A stretch of 63,700 nt of DNA, counting the filler, from Acetivibrio sp. (GTDB lineage Bacteria; Bacillota; Clostridia; Acetivibrionales; Acetivibrionaceae): the NCBI RefSeq assembly GCF_035371925.1. It is 3 parts of 3 records of this genome, joined end to end, with 100 filler letters (N's around TTAATTAATTAA, not from the genome) between each part and the next. Parts side by side here need not be neighbours in the genome. Positions count along the whole stretch, not along the records: positions 1 to 24,529 come from NZ_DAORXT010000038.1; 2 more parts are not named here. The stretch is one strand, 5' to 3'. The notes beneath the pieces were generated by a model. The model worked only from the letters and a program-made list of their open reading frames with translations. It did not search any database and was not told the origin of the DNA. The position numbers were made by a program, and so were the translations under genes. Positions 9,952 through 19,870 of the stretch are shown piece by piece (the first letter of the stretch is position 1; the number at the start of each line of letters is the position of its first letter).

Positions 9952-11262
9952 TTAAAATTTTATAAACTTATCCATCAACTCTTCTATGCTCGCGCCAAAA
10001 CTGCCCTGTATATCCGTAAGCTGGGCATTTCCTTTGACAGCAGTCATTCCCGGCACAAAAGGCAGGTATACCGAAACGACTTCATCGTTTATACATACAG
10101 TATCAACCTCCAGTGCCATATGGAAGTTGTACTTGTTAAGAGCCACAGTAAGCTTGCCGGACAAATCCAACCCGCACTTTACAAAAAGTTTTTCCAGTTG
10201 CTCCGACGTATATTCGGCCTTGACATTGGATACAGCGTCCTGCGCCAGCACCATTACAACTTCATCCGCCGTCTCAAGCAAAGCAATGTTTCTGTCATTC
10301 ATTTCGCTGGACATATCTACTATCACAACATCATAATACCTCATCGACCTGAAGGCATCCATTAGGGCTTTTATTTCACCGGAACTTGCATCTTTCAGGT
10401 CAGTTATATTCTCCGGCGGAACAAAATAATGAACATCGTGAGCAGGGTCTATCTGCCTTATCTCCCTAATCCTTGCTCCAATGTTCCCTCCTTGCTTTAG
10501 ACAGCGCAGCAATTGGGAAAGGTTTCTTTGACTTTTGCAATTGAAATAAAGCGGAGTGGATTGAAAACTCTCAAAGTTGAGATAGAACACTTTAAGACCT
10601 TTTTTTGTACAATACACTGCGGAGTTGATTGCTACAGTGGTCTTTCCAGAACCTCCTATAGGAGAATATACGGCAATCACTTTTGTGTCCACATCCCTTG
10701 AAGGTTCTTCCAAAATGACATCATCTTCTTTATCGGAGGTATCTTCATTAATGAGAACATCATCCGTAATAACGTTTTCTTCTTTAATTTCTACTTTAAT
10801 TTCTTCTCTAATTTCTTCCCTAAATTCTTCTCTGAATTCCTCTCTAAATTCTTCTATGGTTTCTTCTTTGATTTCTTCCTTGTTTTCTTCCTTGTTTTCT
10901 TCTTTATCTTTGAATGTCTCCTTTTCACTTGGTAAAAACATATCAATTAGTTTATTTACAAACTCGTCTCCCACCTGATGCTTATCAACATAGTCAATGC
11001 CATCGCCTTTTACGGAAGGCACTCCCCGGCTTAGCAAAAAGATCTTTGTATCAACCTCCTTTAGCATTGCCTCAGAATACATATCCGGACTTATCAATAA
11101 AACATCTACCCTGTTTAATCCGGAAAGGAAATCATATAAGAGATCCTGCCTTGTGAAGGAACTTACCCGAAGCCTCTCTAAATAATTGGTCATTAAATAG
11201 TTAACCGTGTTTCGAACATAGGCTTCATCGGTGTCGGCAATAACTAAATTAAGTCTTCTCAT
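9952..11262 (-). CDS. ParA/MinD (CpaE/TadZ-like) ATPase with a degenerate N-terminal receiver domain and an acidic repeat linker
   Basis: Deviant Walker A YSPIGGSGKTT, YDVVIVDM, receiver-like LVIADTDEAY N-terminus. Confidence 0.75.
   Translation of the reverse strand: MRRLNLVIADTDEAYVRNTVNYLMTNYLERLRVSSFTRQDLLYDFLSGLNRVDVLLISPDMYSEAMLKEVDTKIFLLSRGVPSVKGDGIDYVDKHQVGDEFVNKLIDMFLPSEKETFKDKEENKEENKEEIKEETIEEFREEFREEFREEIREEIKVEIKEENVITDDVLINEDTSDKEDDVILEEPSRDVDTKVIAVYSPIGGSGKTTVAINSAVYCTKKGLKVFYLNFESFQSTPLYFNCKSQRNLSQLLRCLKQGGNIGARIREIRQIDPAHDVHYFVPPENITDLKDASSGEIKALMDAFRSMRYYDVVIVDMSSEMNDRNIALLETADEVVMVLAQDAVSNVKAEYTSEQLEKLFVKCGLDLSGKLTVALNKYNFHMALEVDTVCINDEVVSVYLPFVPGMTAVKGNAQLTDIQGSFGASIEELMDKFIKF
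10780..10905 (-). repeat. About ten imperfect 12-bp tandem repeats encoding EEFR/EEIK/EENK
   Basis: Plus strand TTCTTCNNNNNN periodicity; protein KEENKEENKEEIKEETIEEFREEFREEFREEIREEIK. Confidence 0.85.
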
Positions 11263-11307
11263 AATATCCCCCAATAGCTCAAATTTAGTAATTTGGTATA
11301 TATTAAT

Positions 11308-11336
11308 ATTATATTTTTATATTAAAATAATGTCAA
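11308..11336 (-). promoter_or_regulatory. sigA-type promoter
   Basis: Perfect TTGACA-N17-TATAAT on the minus strand. Confidence 0.75.
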
Positions 11337-11379
11337 TTTTTTAATATTTCCGGCTTTTTATTTGATTTTCATATCTATG

Positions 11380-13515
11380 TCATATCTGCTTGAGTCTCTG
11401 GGCAAGTCTGGTATTTCTGTCCGAGCTTTTGGAGTTTCTTATACAATATCCCAGTGCTTTTTGTGAACCCACAAGCACCAAGGCTTTTTTGGCTCTTGTG
11501 ACACATGTATATAAAAGATTTCTCTGAAGCATCATGTAATGCTGCATTGTAAACGGTGCCACTACAAAATTATACTCGCTTCCCTGACTTTTATGCACTG
11601 TGACCGCATAAGCCAAAGTTACTTCATCCAATTCCGTCACGTCATACTCAACTTCGGTATCGTCAAATTTTATGCGTACAGTTTTTTCTTCATGGTCAAT
11701 ATCCGTTATTATGCCCATGTCACCGTTAAACACATTTTTATCGTAGTTATTTTTAATCTGCATTACCTTGTCGTTGACTTTGTAAATTGTACCTCCGTAT
11801 TTGATGGAAACACTGCTTGAATTTAGGGTCTCTTGAAGCACTCTATTGAGATTTTGCGCTCCCACGACTCCCCTTTGCATGGGGCATAAAACCTGAATAT
11901 CATTTAAAGGGCTCACTTTGTAGTATCCAGGAAGCCTTTTTGTGCAAAGCTCCCGGACAAGCTCCACTATCTTTTCCGGCTCTTCCTCTTCAATAAAGAA
12001 AAAATCACTGTTTTTGCCGCCTTTCAAGGCAGGATATTCTCCACGGTTTATTCTATGGGCATTGGTTATAATTGCACTCCCCCGGGCCTGTCGGAATATT
12101 CTTGTAAGCCTTACCACAGTTACCGTTTCCGAGTCTATGATGTCTTTTAGTACATTTCCTGCGCCCACCGAAGGGAGCTGGTCCACATCCCCCACCAATA
12201 TCACCACCGTATTGTTCGAAACAGCTTTTAAGAGGTTGTACATTAGGATAATATCAATCATTGAAGTCTCATCAATGATTAGAACATCACATTCCAAGGG
12301 ATTGTCCTCATTCTTTTTATATCCGTCCTGGGGACTGTATTCCAACAAGCGGTGTATGGTCTTTGCCTCCATACCGGTAGCTTCAGACATACGCTTTGCC
12401 GCCCTTCCGGTGGGAGCGGCAAGGAGAACTGCGGCATCCAGCTTTTGAAAAGCCTTTATTATCGCCAGTGTGGTTGTAGTCTTTCCGGTACCCGGCCCGC
12501 CGGTAAGAACCATAAATTTTGACGCCACCGCATTTTTGATGGCTTCAATCTGAACTTCGTCATATTGAACATTGCATTCCCTCTGGAGATTCTCTATCAT
12601 TTCATCGAAATTGAAAAGGGCATATGCGCTTTTAGTCTCGGTTATTTCCCGTATCCTCTTGGCAACGCCCACTTCACTGTAATAAAAAGGCGGAAGGTAA
12701 ACCGCATCCCCTTCCTCCATCATTATGGATTTCTCCTCCAGCATATGATATACAGCGGCTTCGGCTTTCTCCAAATCCACACCTAGCAGCTCCGAAGCCT
12801 TGTTTACAAGCTCATCCTTTTTGGCAAAACAATGGCCGTCATTGGCAAACTCATTTAATGCGTACATTATACCGGACCTTATGCGGGCATAAGATTCCTT
12901 GTCATATCCCATATTTTGAGCTATTTTGTCCGCAGTCTTAAAGCCGATTCCCCAGATGTCATCCGCAAGTCTGTAAGGATTATCCTTTACAATATTTATG
13001 CTGTCACTTCCGTAGGTTTTAAATATTTTCACAGCAAAAGCCGTAGAAACACCATGGGATTGCAAAAAAAGCATGACATTTTTTATTTCCTTTTGATTCT
13101 GCCACGCTTCTTTTATCATGTCCACTCTCTTTCTCCCTATTCCCGGAACTTCAATGAGCCTGTCGGGTTCTTCCTCAATGATTCTTATGGTGTCTTCTTT
13201 AAATACTTTTACGATTCTTTTGGCATTTACAGGTCCGATTCCTTTAACAAGTCCGCTTCCCAAATATTTTTCAATACCGGCAACAGTGGCAGGTATCTCC
13301 TCTTTATAATTGTACACGTTAAACTGTCTGCCAAATTTGGAGTCATATTTCCACTCGCCCCGAAGGCTTACCACAGCTCCGACATTAACCGAAGCCATAT
13401 TCCCCACTACCGTCACCAGGTCTGAAAAGCCTTTTGACTTTATCTTTACCACAGAAAAGCCATTCTCTTCATTAACAAAAGTTATTCTTTCTACGACTCC
13501 GCTTAAATAATCCAT
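11380..13515 (-). CDS. recD2: RecD2-like SF1B ATP-dependent DNA helicase
   Basis: GGPGTGKTT, IIDETSM, GDVDQLPSVG, FRQ, YAVTVHKSQGSE, LLYTCVTRAK motifs and an HhH region (GLVKGIGP). Confidence 0.93.
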   Translation of the reverse strand: MDYLSGVVERITFVNEENGFSVVKIKSKGFSDLVTVVGNMASVNVGAVVSLRGEWKYDSKFGRQFNVYNYKEEIPATVAGIEKYLGSGLVKGIGPVNAKRIVKVFKEDTIRIIEEEPDRLIEVPGIGRKRVDMIKEAWQNQKEIKNVMLFLQSHGVSTAFAVKIFKTYGSDSINIVKDNPYRLADDIWGIGFKTADKIAQNMGYDKESYARIRSGIMYALNEFANDGHCFAKKDELVNKASELLGVDLEKAEAAVYHMLEEKSIMMEEGDAVYLPPFYYSEVGVAKRIREITETKSAYALFNFDEMIENLQRECNVQYDEVQIEAIKNAVASKFMVLTGGPGTGKTTTTLAIIKAFQKLDAAVLLAAPTGRAAKRMSEATGMEAKTIHRLLEYSPQDGYKKNEDNPLECDVLIIDETSMIDIILMYNLLKAVSNNTVVILVGDVDQLPSVGAGNVLKDIIDSETVTVVRLTRIFRQARGSAIITNAHRINRGEYPALKGGKNSDFFFIEEEEPEKIVELVRELCTKRLPGYYKVSPLNDIQVLCPMQRGVVGAQNLNRVLQETLNSSSVSIKYGGTIYKVNDKVMQIKNNYDKNVFNGDMGIITDIDHEEKTVRIKFDDTEVEYDVTELDEVTLAYAVTVHKSQGSEYNFVVAPFTMQHYMMLQRNLLYTCVTRAKKALVLVGSQKALGYCIRNSKSSDRNTRLAQRLKQI

Positions 13516-13547
13516 AAAACCAGCCCTTTCCGTCAATATATGGTAAA

Positions 13548-14171
13548 TTATAGTTGCTTGATTCCTAATTTATCGCGAAGATTTAAAATAAATTCAAAAC
13601 ACTGGGAAGTATCGCCAATTATCTCATCGTCCTTTTTCTTTATGGAATAATTGGTCGTGGCATCACCGAACAAAATATAGTTTTTTTGAGTGTCTTGCGG
13701 GTTCTTATGCTCAAAGTACTTTATTTGAAAATCATAAAAACCCTCCTGGGGACACTTTACAGCGTATACCCTCACCCACTGAAGCTCTATATATTTCTGC
13801 TGTTTTAGAAAATCCACCATTGAATCATAGAGCTTTACAGCAGCATTTTCAGTAGCAGAATGCTTTTCTTCCGTTACGGTTTCTTGCCCGACGTTTTTTT
13901 GCTCTATGTTTTCTTGTTCTACGTTTTTTTGCTCTACGTTCTCTAGTACCATGACAGTATTTTGCTCCTGCACAGGATCCTCCACAAGATTTTGAGAACG
14001 GATTAGCTCTTCTATTATCTCCTTCTGTCTGGTAAGCTCCATCCACAACAGTCCATAATGCTTCGACAGCTCGCCAAACGCATCGTCTGACAGCCGTCCG
14101 GCAGCTTTTAGGTATTTATCCAAGGAATCCGTCATTATTTCAAGCAACTCAATATCTTTACTTTGAAGCAC
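13548..14171 (-). CDS. Hypothetical protein with 15-bp (EQKNV/EQENI) tandem repeats
   Basis: 207-aa ORF with an AGGG RBS, 11 bp upstream of the recD2 frame. Confidence 0.7.
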   Translation of the reverse strand: MLQSKDIELLEIMTDSLDKYLKAAGRLSDDAFGELSKHYGLLWMELTRQKEIIEELIRSQNLVEDPVQEQNTVMVLENVEQKNVEQENIEQKNVGQETVTEEKHSATENAAVKLYDSMVDFLKQQKYIELQWVRVYAVKCPQEGFYDFQIKYFEHKNPQDTQKNYILFGDATTNYSIKKKDDEIIGDTSQCFEFILNLRDKLGIKQL

Positions 14172-14404
14172 TACATTTTCACCCTTTATCGCAAAATTAA
14201 TAAAATAATCACATAATAAATAATATCAAATTTTTTCGCGTATAACAAATATCAGCTGTTAGAAATCGTAAATTTTGCGTTTAATGAAAAATCCGAAATA
14301 AAACGGGAGCCTTAAATGTTGTTTTTATCAAGCAACCAAGACTCCCTGCTTTATCTAAAACATATATCTTAAAATTAAACTTCGAAGCATACTCTGTCAC
14401 AAGT

Positions 14405-15928
14405 TTATTGAGTAATTGTAACTGTCCTTGTACTTCCATCCCAGCCAACTTCCGCACCAAAGCTTTCTGCAACTGCACGGGCCGGAACCAAGGTTCTGCC
14501 GTTGACGATTTGCGGAGGAACATCCAGAACTATTTCCTCCCCGTTTTTCTTCATTGTCTTGTTGCCAATTGTCATAACAATAGTTGTGTCGCCTTTTTTT
14601 GCTGTAACTGTCTTTGTCTTGTCATCCCATTCAACGGTAGCTTCCATAGCTTCAAATATTGCACGGAGCGGCACAAGCGTACGGCCGTCCTGTATAATTG
14701 GAGGCTGGTCAAACCTGATTCTTTTGCCGTTGAGAAAAACTTTAATCTTTGGAGCGCCGCCTACCGTATTTACTGAGAGGATGTAGTCGGCATTACTGAA
14801 CCAGTATCCCTCGTATTCAACTTTGACATAATACGTACCCTTTTCGATTTTTATCTCATCTGACTTTCCAACTGTATCGGTACCTTTGGAATTTAGCTGA
14901 TAAAGCTTATTGTCATTTGTGTCATACAAGTAAATTCTCCAATAGACAGATGATCTTTCAAGGTTTGGGTGGTTAAATCCCAAATATACTTTTCCGGAAT
15001 CAGGCATTACAAATTTATAATAATCAACATCCGAACTAGTTCTCAGATTTCCTGTAACCGGTTCGTCCACCTCTATTAATGTTGCATTGTCCCTGCCGCC
15101 GTTTGGCTCAATCTCATATTCGCCTTCATTTTCCTTATAGTCTACACAAAGAGTATAATCAACATTGCTATGCCAGTAACCTTCATCTTTAACCCTGACA
15201 TAATATGTACCTTTATCAAGATAAGCGTTCATGGATTTACCGGCTGTATCGTTTCCTGTTGATTCAAAATACAATACTTCATTTTCCACGCTGTCAAACA
15301 TGGTAACTTTCCAGAATACACTTGATCTTTCCAAATTGGTATGATTGAAGCTTAAGTTTACTTTACCCGGTTTTGATATTGTAAATTTATAAAAGTCGGT
15401 ATCACCTTCTACTCTGAGATTACCGATAACAGGCTTATTCACTGAGATCTCTGTTGCCGATTCCCTGTCTTTGTTCGGCTCAATTTCATATTCACCCTGA
15501 TTTTCCGTGTAGTTTACGCAAAGAGTATAATCAGCATCGCTATGCCAGTAACCTTCATCTTTAACCCTGACATAATATGTACCTTTATCAAGATAAGCAT
15601 TCATAGACTTACCTTCTGTGTTATTTCCTGTTGATTCAAAATACAATACTTCATTTTCCACGCTGTTAAACATGGTAACTTTCCAGAATACACTTGTTCT
15701 TTCCAAATTAGTATGATTGAAGCTTAAGTTTACTTTACCCGGTGCCGAAAGTTCCACCTTGTAATATTTTACGGCACCTGACGAAGGTAAATTATCGATA
15801 ACCGGACTATTCAGAGATATTGGCTTGGCCTCATCGCTGCAAAAGTAGTCACCGGACCAAGATTTACAGCCAATATCATAAGAACTGCTAAAAAGACTGA
15901 CAACGCTTTTTTCAACAACTTTCTTCAC
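14405..15928 (-). CDS. Surface protein with three PPC-like beta-sandwich repeats and a C-terminal copper amine oxidase-like N-terminal (AMIN-type) domain; signal peptide disrupted
   Basis: Repeated GTYYVRV..EGYW..ADYTL blocks; FDQPPIIQDGRTLVPLRAIFE domain; see findings for the N-terminus. Confidence 0.8.
   Translation of the reverse strand: MKKVVEKSVVSLFSSSYDIGCKSWSGDYFCSDEAKPISLNSPVIDNLPSSGAVKYYKVELSAPGKVNLSFNHTNLERTSVFWKVTMFNSVENEVLYFESTGNNTEGKSMNAYLDKGTYYVRVKDEGYWHSDADYTLCVNYTENQGEYEIEPNKDRESATEISVNKPVIGNLRVEGDTDFYKFTISKPGKVNLSFNHTNLERSSVFWKVTMFDSVENEVLYFESTGNDTAGKSMNAYLDKGTYYVRVKDEGYWHSNVDYTLCVDYKENEGEYEIEPNGGRDNATLIEVDEPVTGNLRTSSDVDYYKFVMPDSGKVYLGFNHPNLERSSVYWRIYLYDTNDNKLYQLNSKGTDTVGKSDEIKIEKGTYYVKVEYEGYWFSNADYILSVNTVGGAPKIKVFLNGKRIRFDQPPIIQDGRTLVPLRAIFEAMEATVEWDDKTKTVTAKKGDTTIVMTIGNKTMKKNGEEIVLDVPPQIVNGRTLVPARAVAESFGAEVGWDGSTRTVTITQ
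15050..15790. repeat. 372-bp near-identical intragenic tandem duplication
   Basis: AAGAGTATAATC... blocks start at 15149 and 15521 and stay nearly identical for several hundred bp. Confidence 0.9.
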
Positions 15929-15983
15929 TCCTCCAATTAAATCTGTATATTTTTATATGTAGAAATAGTGCAACATACCAGTA

Positions 15984-16012
15984 ATAATATATTCCGCCAT
16001 TATGAATGTCAA
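15984..16012 (-). promoter_or_regulatory. sigA-type promoter for the PPC surface protein
   Basis: TTGACA-N17-TATTAT. Confidence 0.6.
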
Positions 16013-16212
16013 GTATAATTTCGGAAAATCATTCGGCAAGCGCCTTCTATGCATGTGTCTTCATATCATTTCATATTATTTGGAATATTCTTATCTGTGA
16101 ATTTTCTGCATAAGTTCAACATATAACACAAATTGATGTATTTTATTTTCAATAGCATTTATGATATAATTTTGAATATGATGTAAGGATTCTGCTTACT
16201 GGAGGGTCTGTT

Positions 16213-16635
16213 ATGGAAATATTAAGTTACAAACTCAATGCCCATATTCCTTTCGATAAAGACAGCATAGAAATGTTCCTGTCTTCGTGTGAAGAGGTAA
16301 TAAGCAATATGACTTCGGATGAAAAGACAGTCTTCAAGCTCAAAAGTGCAACCCACGAATTGCTGATAAATTCCCTTGAACACGGATATAAAAAAAGTGC
16401 GGGAAATGTATCTTTTTTCATAGAAAAGCATGAGCATACCATACAGCTTGAAGTATCTGACGAAGGAGTCGGATTTGACACGTCGTCTCTAAATCTCGAA
16501 AAAGACCACTCAAGTCTTAACACAATAAAAGGCAGAGGCTGGGGACTTTTTATATTAAAGAAGCTTTGCGATAATATACAAATAACTTCCTCTCCCCTAA
16601 AAGGCACAAAAGTTACTGTGTCAATAAACTATTAA
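16213..16635 (+). CDS. Anti-sigma factor/Ser kinase-like HATPase (RsbW/SpoIIAB family), orphan
   Basis: ELLINSLEHG, VSDEGVGFD and GRGWGLFILKKL (N, G1, G2 boxes). Confidence 0.85.
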   Translation: MEILSYKLNAHIPFDKDSIEMFLSSCEEVISNMTSDEKTVFKLKSATHELLINSLEHGYKKSAGNVSFFIEKHEHTIQLEVSDEGVGFDTSSLNLEKDHSSLNTIKGRGWGLFILKKLCDNIQITSSPLKGTKVTVSINY

Positions 16636-16659
16636 TATTCTGAGGTATTCGCTGAAAAG

Positions 16660-18411
16660 TCAGGGAAGTTCGACCCTATAAAACCTGTAATGCCCTGTTA
16701 TGCTGTCCTTTTGACTATAATCAAACAAAATGACCGTATCCTCTTTCTCCGTAGCCAAAGTGTCGGCTGCGACATTGAATCTGAACGCCTCAAAATGAAC
16801 TTTATTATATATTTTCTTTGCAGGAACACCCGAAAATTCCGGCAGGAGGCTTTCAACATTCTCAGTATTTTTGAGAAATTCAAAGCATCTTGTGCTGAAA
16901 TTATCGATATACAACCGCTCCACACCTTTAGGAAGATTGTTTGTATTGTCCGATACCAAAAAATCAAATTTCAGAAGTTCGTTGAGCAATACCAAGTCCA
17001 CTTTCAGCTCAAGGCTTGATATAAAATCCAGTAATATGGTATAAAGCTCCCTTGCGGAAATAGATCTCTCGTAATTCCCCGCCTTCTCATAATACTTGGA
17101 AAATTCTTCAAAGAAAGCAGCTGGTGACGGGAAAAATCCGCCAATAAGATACTTTAGCGTTTTTTGAAACCTTCCCGAGTTGTAATACCTTTCCAACAGC
17201 TCTTCCATCTTTTTTAGCTTTACAATATCTCCAAAGCTCAAGTAAGCATTGGACAATATCTCATAAGGAGGATATTGCCTGAACTTATAGCCGTACTTTT
17301 GGTGTTCCCTCCTTATGCCGGAACCTTTAAGCAGCTTCAAAAAGCCCAGCTGCAGCTGATGCGGGTAAAGCTCATAGGCTTCATTAAAAGAATTAATGAA
17401 GGAATTATAGTCCTCAAAGGGAAGTCCGGCTATCAAATCCACGTGTATATGCATATTTCCCAACTCTTTAAGCCTTTTTATGTTACAAAGCACCTTTTTT
17501 ATATCAGTTTTTCTCCTAACTGCCTCCAAAGCCTCTTCATTGGTTGATTGTATCCCTATCTCAAACTGAATCAAGCCCTTCGGCGCCCGGGACAATATAT
17601 CAAACATCTCCTCGTCAAAAAGGTCGGCTGCAGCTTCAAAGTGAAAGCTTGTCTCCCTTGCATTTTCAATAATGAATGTAAATATTTCTTTAGCTCTTTG
17701 CCTGTTGCAGTTAAAGGTTCTGTCCACAAACTTCACAAGCCTGACTTTTGCATTAATCAGTGTCAAAAGGTCGGATTTGACCCTGTCCAGGGAAAAATAC
17801 CTCACACCGTCAAAGGTTGATGAGATACAGTAAGAGCACGAAAAAGGACAGCCCCTTGAGGATTCAAAGTATATTATCCTGTTGCCGACAGCTTCAAGCA
17901 TTTCCTGAGTATAAGGAGAAGGAATGGTGTCAAGCTCCTTTACCTGGCGAAAAGATGTTAAACCATGGATTTTTCCGTCTTTTCTGTAGCTCAGTCCTTC
18001 AATACCATCAAGATTTACTCCTTCATCAATAAAAGAGCGCAGCAAAAGCCCGAAAGCTCCTTCTCCCTCCCCTGACATTACATAGTCTACAAACCAATTT
18101 GAACGCAATATATCCTCAGGGTCAAAGGAAACCTCCGGACCACCCAGTATTATCTTCACTTCAGGAAGAACCATTTTCAGATTTTCAGCCAGCTTAAGGA
18201 CAAATCCTATGTTCCAGATATAGCAGGAAAAAGCAGCCACATCGCAGCCTTCAGTGTAAATACGGGAAAGGACATACTCCGGATTGTCGTTTATAGTAAA
18301 CTCCATCACTCTGACTTCCCCGCACTCCTTGTCACAGGACGCCTTAAGATACCACGCGGCCAAGGATGAATGTATGTATTTTGAATTTACTCCAATTATT
18401 CTCGTCTTCAT
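16660..18411 (-). CDS. B12-binding radical SAM protein (probable DUF4080 C-terminus)
   Basis: AFSCYIWN and LGGPE B12 domain; CPFSCSYC cluster motif. Confidence 0.9.
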   Translation of the reverse strand: MKTRIIGVNSKYIHSSLAAWYLKASCDKECGEVRVMEFTINDNPEYVLSRIYTEGCDVAAFSCYIWNIGFVLKLAENLKMVLPEVKIILGGPEVSFDPEDILRSNWFVDYVMSGEGEGAFGLLLRSFIDEGVNLDGIEGLSYRKDGKIHGLTSFRQVKELDTIPSPYTQEMLEAVGNRIIYFESSRGCPFSCSYCISSTFDGVRYFSLDRVKSDLLTLINAKVRLVKFVDRTFNCNRQRAKEIFTFIIENARETSFHFEAAADLFDEEMFDILSRAPKGLIQFEIGIQSTNEEALEAVRRKTDIKKVLCNIKRLKELGNMHIHVDLIAGLPFEDYNSFINSFNEAYELYPHQLQLGFLKLLKGSGIRREHQKYGYKFRQYPPYEILSNAYLSFGDIVKLKKMEELLERYYNSGRFQKTLKYLIGGFFPSPAAFFEEFSKYYEKAGNYERSISARELYTILLDFISSLELKVDLVLLNELLKFDFLVSDNTNNLPKGVERLYIDNFSTRCFEFLKNTENVESLLPEFSGVPAKKIYNKVHFEAFRFNVAADTLATEKEDTVILFDYSQKDSITGHYRFYRVELP

Positions 18412-18488
18412 GATTCTATCTCCTTAAAGTTTACGTTATTATAACAAAAGGAGCAGAATCATTTCAAGGTTTATTTTCAGACCCTCTT

Positions 18489-19727
18489 TTATTTCAACCT
18501 CGCCAGTTTAAACCATATATCCAAAACATCCCTGAAATAATCGCCATACTTTTTTTCCGGCACAACATCGGCCGTCTTTACAGCCGACCTGCCAATCAGC
18601 TTTCCGTCAACAAAGAACTCTATCTTCCCCACCTCAACCCCCTTGTACACCGGAGCATTTATCAACTCATCCAATGTAAGCTCCGTCTTTAGCTTCGCCT
18701 TCTCTTCCTTGCTCAGCGGCAGCTTGATGCTCTCAACTGCAACAACGGGCACAGAGCTTTTCTTTCCTCTATATACATTCACCTGCCCCAGTTCCTGATT
18801 TGCCTTTAAAAGCTCATAGGGCCTGTAATTGTTGAAGGCATAGTCAAGAATTGCTTTGCTGCTCTCTGCCCTCTTGTTTCTGCTTGCACAGTTCAAAACC
18901 ACAGAAATTATTCGAAAGCCGTCCCTTGTCGCCGATGTCACAAGGCATCTTCCCGCCTTTCCCGTATAGCCCGTTTTTACCCCGTCTGCCCCCGGATACA
19001 GGGAAAGCATTTCATTTGTTGTGTATAGGCTGCGGTTGGTGATTGTTGCACTCTTGGTTGCGACTATTTCGGCAAAAATAGGATTTTGCAATGCATACCG
19101 CGTAATCATTGCCAGTTCGTAAGGAGTGGAATAATGACCTTCCGCATCAAGCCCGTGGGGGGTTTTAAATGAGGTATTCTTAAGCCCAAGCTCCTTTGCC
19201 TTGTCATTCATCATTTTTACAAAGTTCTCGACAGTTCCGCCAACGTGCTCGGCAACAGCCAATGCCGCATCGTTGCCCGACTTTAGCATCATACCGTAAA
19301 GAAGCTCCCTCAAAGTAAGTTCCTCACCCGGCTTGAGCTTGATTGTAGAACCCCAAATACTTGCCGCCCTGCTGCTAACCTTTACCTTGTCATCGAGATT
19401 CCCGTTTTCTATTGCCACAATAGCCGTCATTATCTTGGTGGTACTGGCTATCGCTCTTCTTGAGTATGCATCCTTTTCATACAACACCCTCCCCGTATCC
19501 GCATCAATTACTATTGCCGCCCCTGCTTCTATTTTAGGAGGCTTTGACTCTTCATCTCCATCTACGGGCTTGCCGGAAACCTCTAATACAAAATCCTCCT
19601 CACTAAACTCTTGTTCAACAAATTCATCCCCATAAACCCTTACACTTAAATTTACTGCCAATATTAAACAAAGAAACAAAGTCAATATTCCCTTTATATT
19701 CTTTTCCAAATATATCACAAATATCAC
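18489..19727 (-). CDS. D-alanyl-D-alanine carboxypeptidase (S11, DacB/DacF-like)
   Basis: STTK (SxxK), SGN and KTG motifs; N-terminal signal. Confidence 0.93.
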   Translation of the reverse strand: MIFVIYLEKNIKGILTLFLCLILAVNLSVRVYGDEFVEQEFSEEDFVLEVSGKPVDGDEESKPPKIEAGAAIVIDADTGRVLYEKDAYSRRAIASTTKIMTAIVAIENGNLDDKVKVSSRAASIWGSTIKLKPGEELTLRELLYGMMLKSGNDAALAVAEHVGGTVENFVKMMNDKAKELGLKNTSFKTPHGLDAEGHYSTPYELAMITRYALQNPIFAEIVATKSATITNRSLYTTNEMLSLYPGADGVKTGYTGKAGRCLVTSATRDGFRIISVVLNCASRNKRAESSKAILDYAFNNYRPYELLKANQELGQVNVYRGKKSSVPVVAVESIKLPLSKEEKAKLKTELTLDELINAPVYKGVEVGKIEFFVDGKLIGRSAVKTADVVPEKKYGDYFRDVLDIWFKLARLK

Positions 19728-19793
19728 ATCCCATATGCTTCATATTTCCGCTCCAGCCTTTATATGGATGAAAGCTGAGCTTGTATCGTTATA

Positions 19794-19822
19794 AATATAT
19801 GAAAAGTTATGAAAGTTTATAA
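19794..19822 (-). promoter_or_regulatory. sigE-like sporulation promoter for the carboxypeptidase
   Basis: TTATAAA-N14-CATATATT matches the sigE consensus; B. subtilis dacB is sigE-controlled. Confidence 0.55.
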
Positions 19823-19847
19823 ATAATTTTTTCTAGATTGTCGATAA
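19820..19847 (+). promoter_or_regulatory. sigma28 (SigD/FliA)-like promoter
   Basis: TAAA-N16-GTCGATAA directly upstream of the fapA-like gene. Confidence 0.55.
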
Positions 19848-19870
19848 TATAATCAGGAGGGGGACATCTT

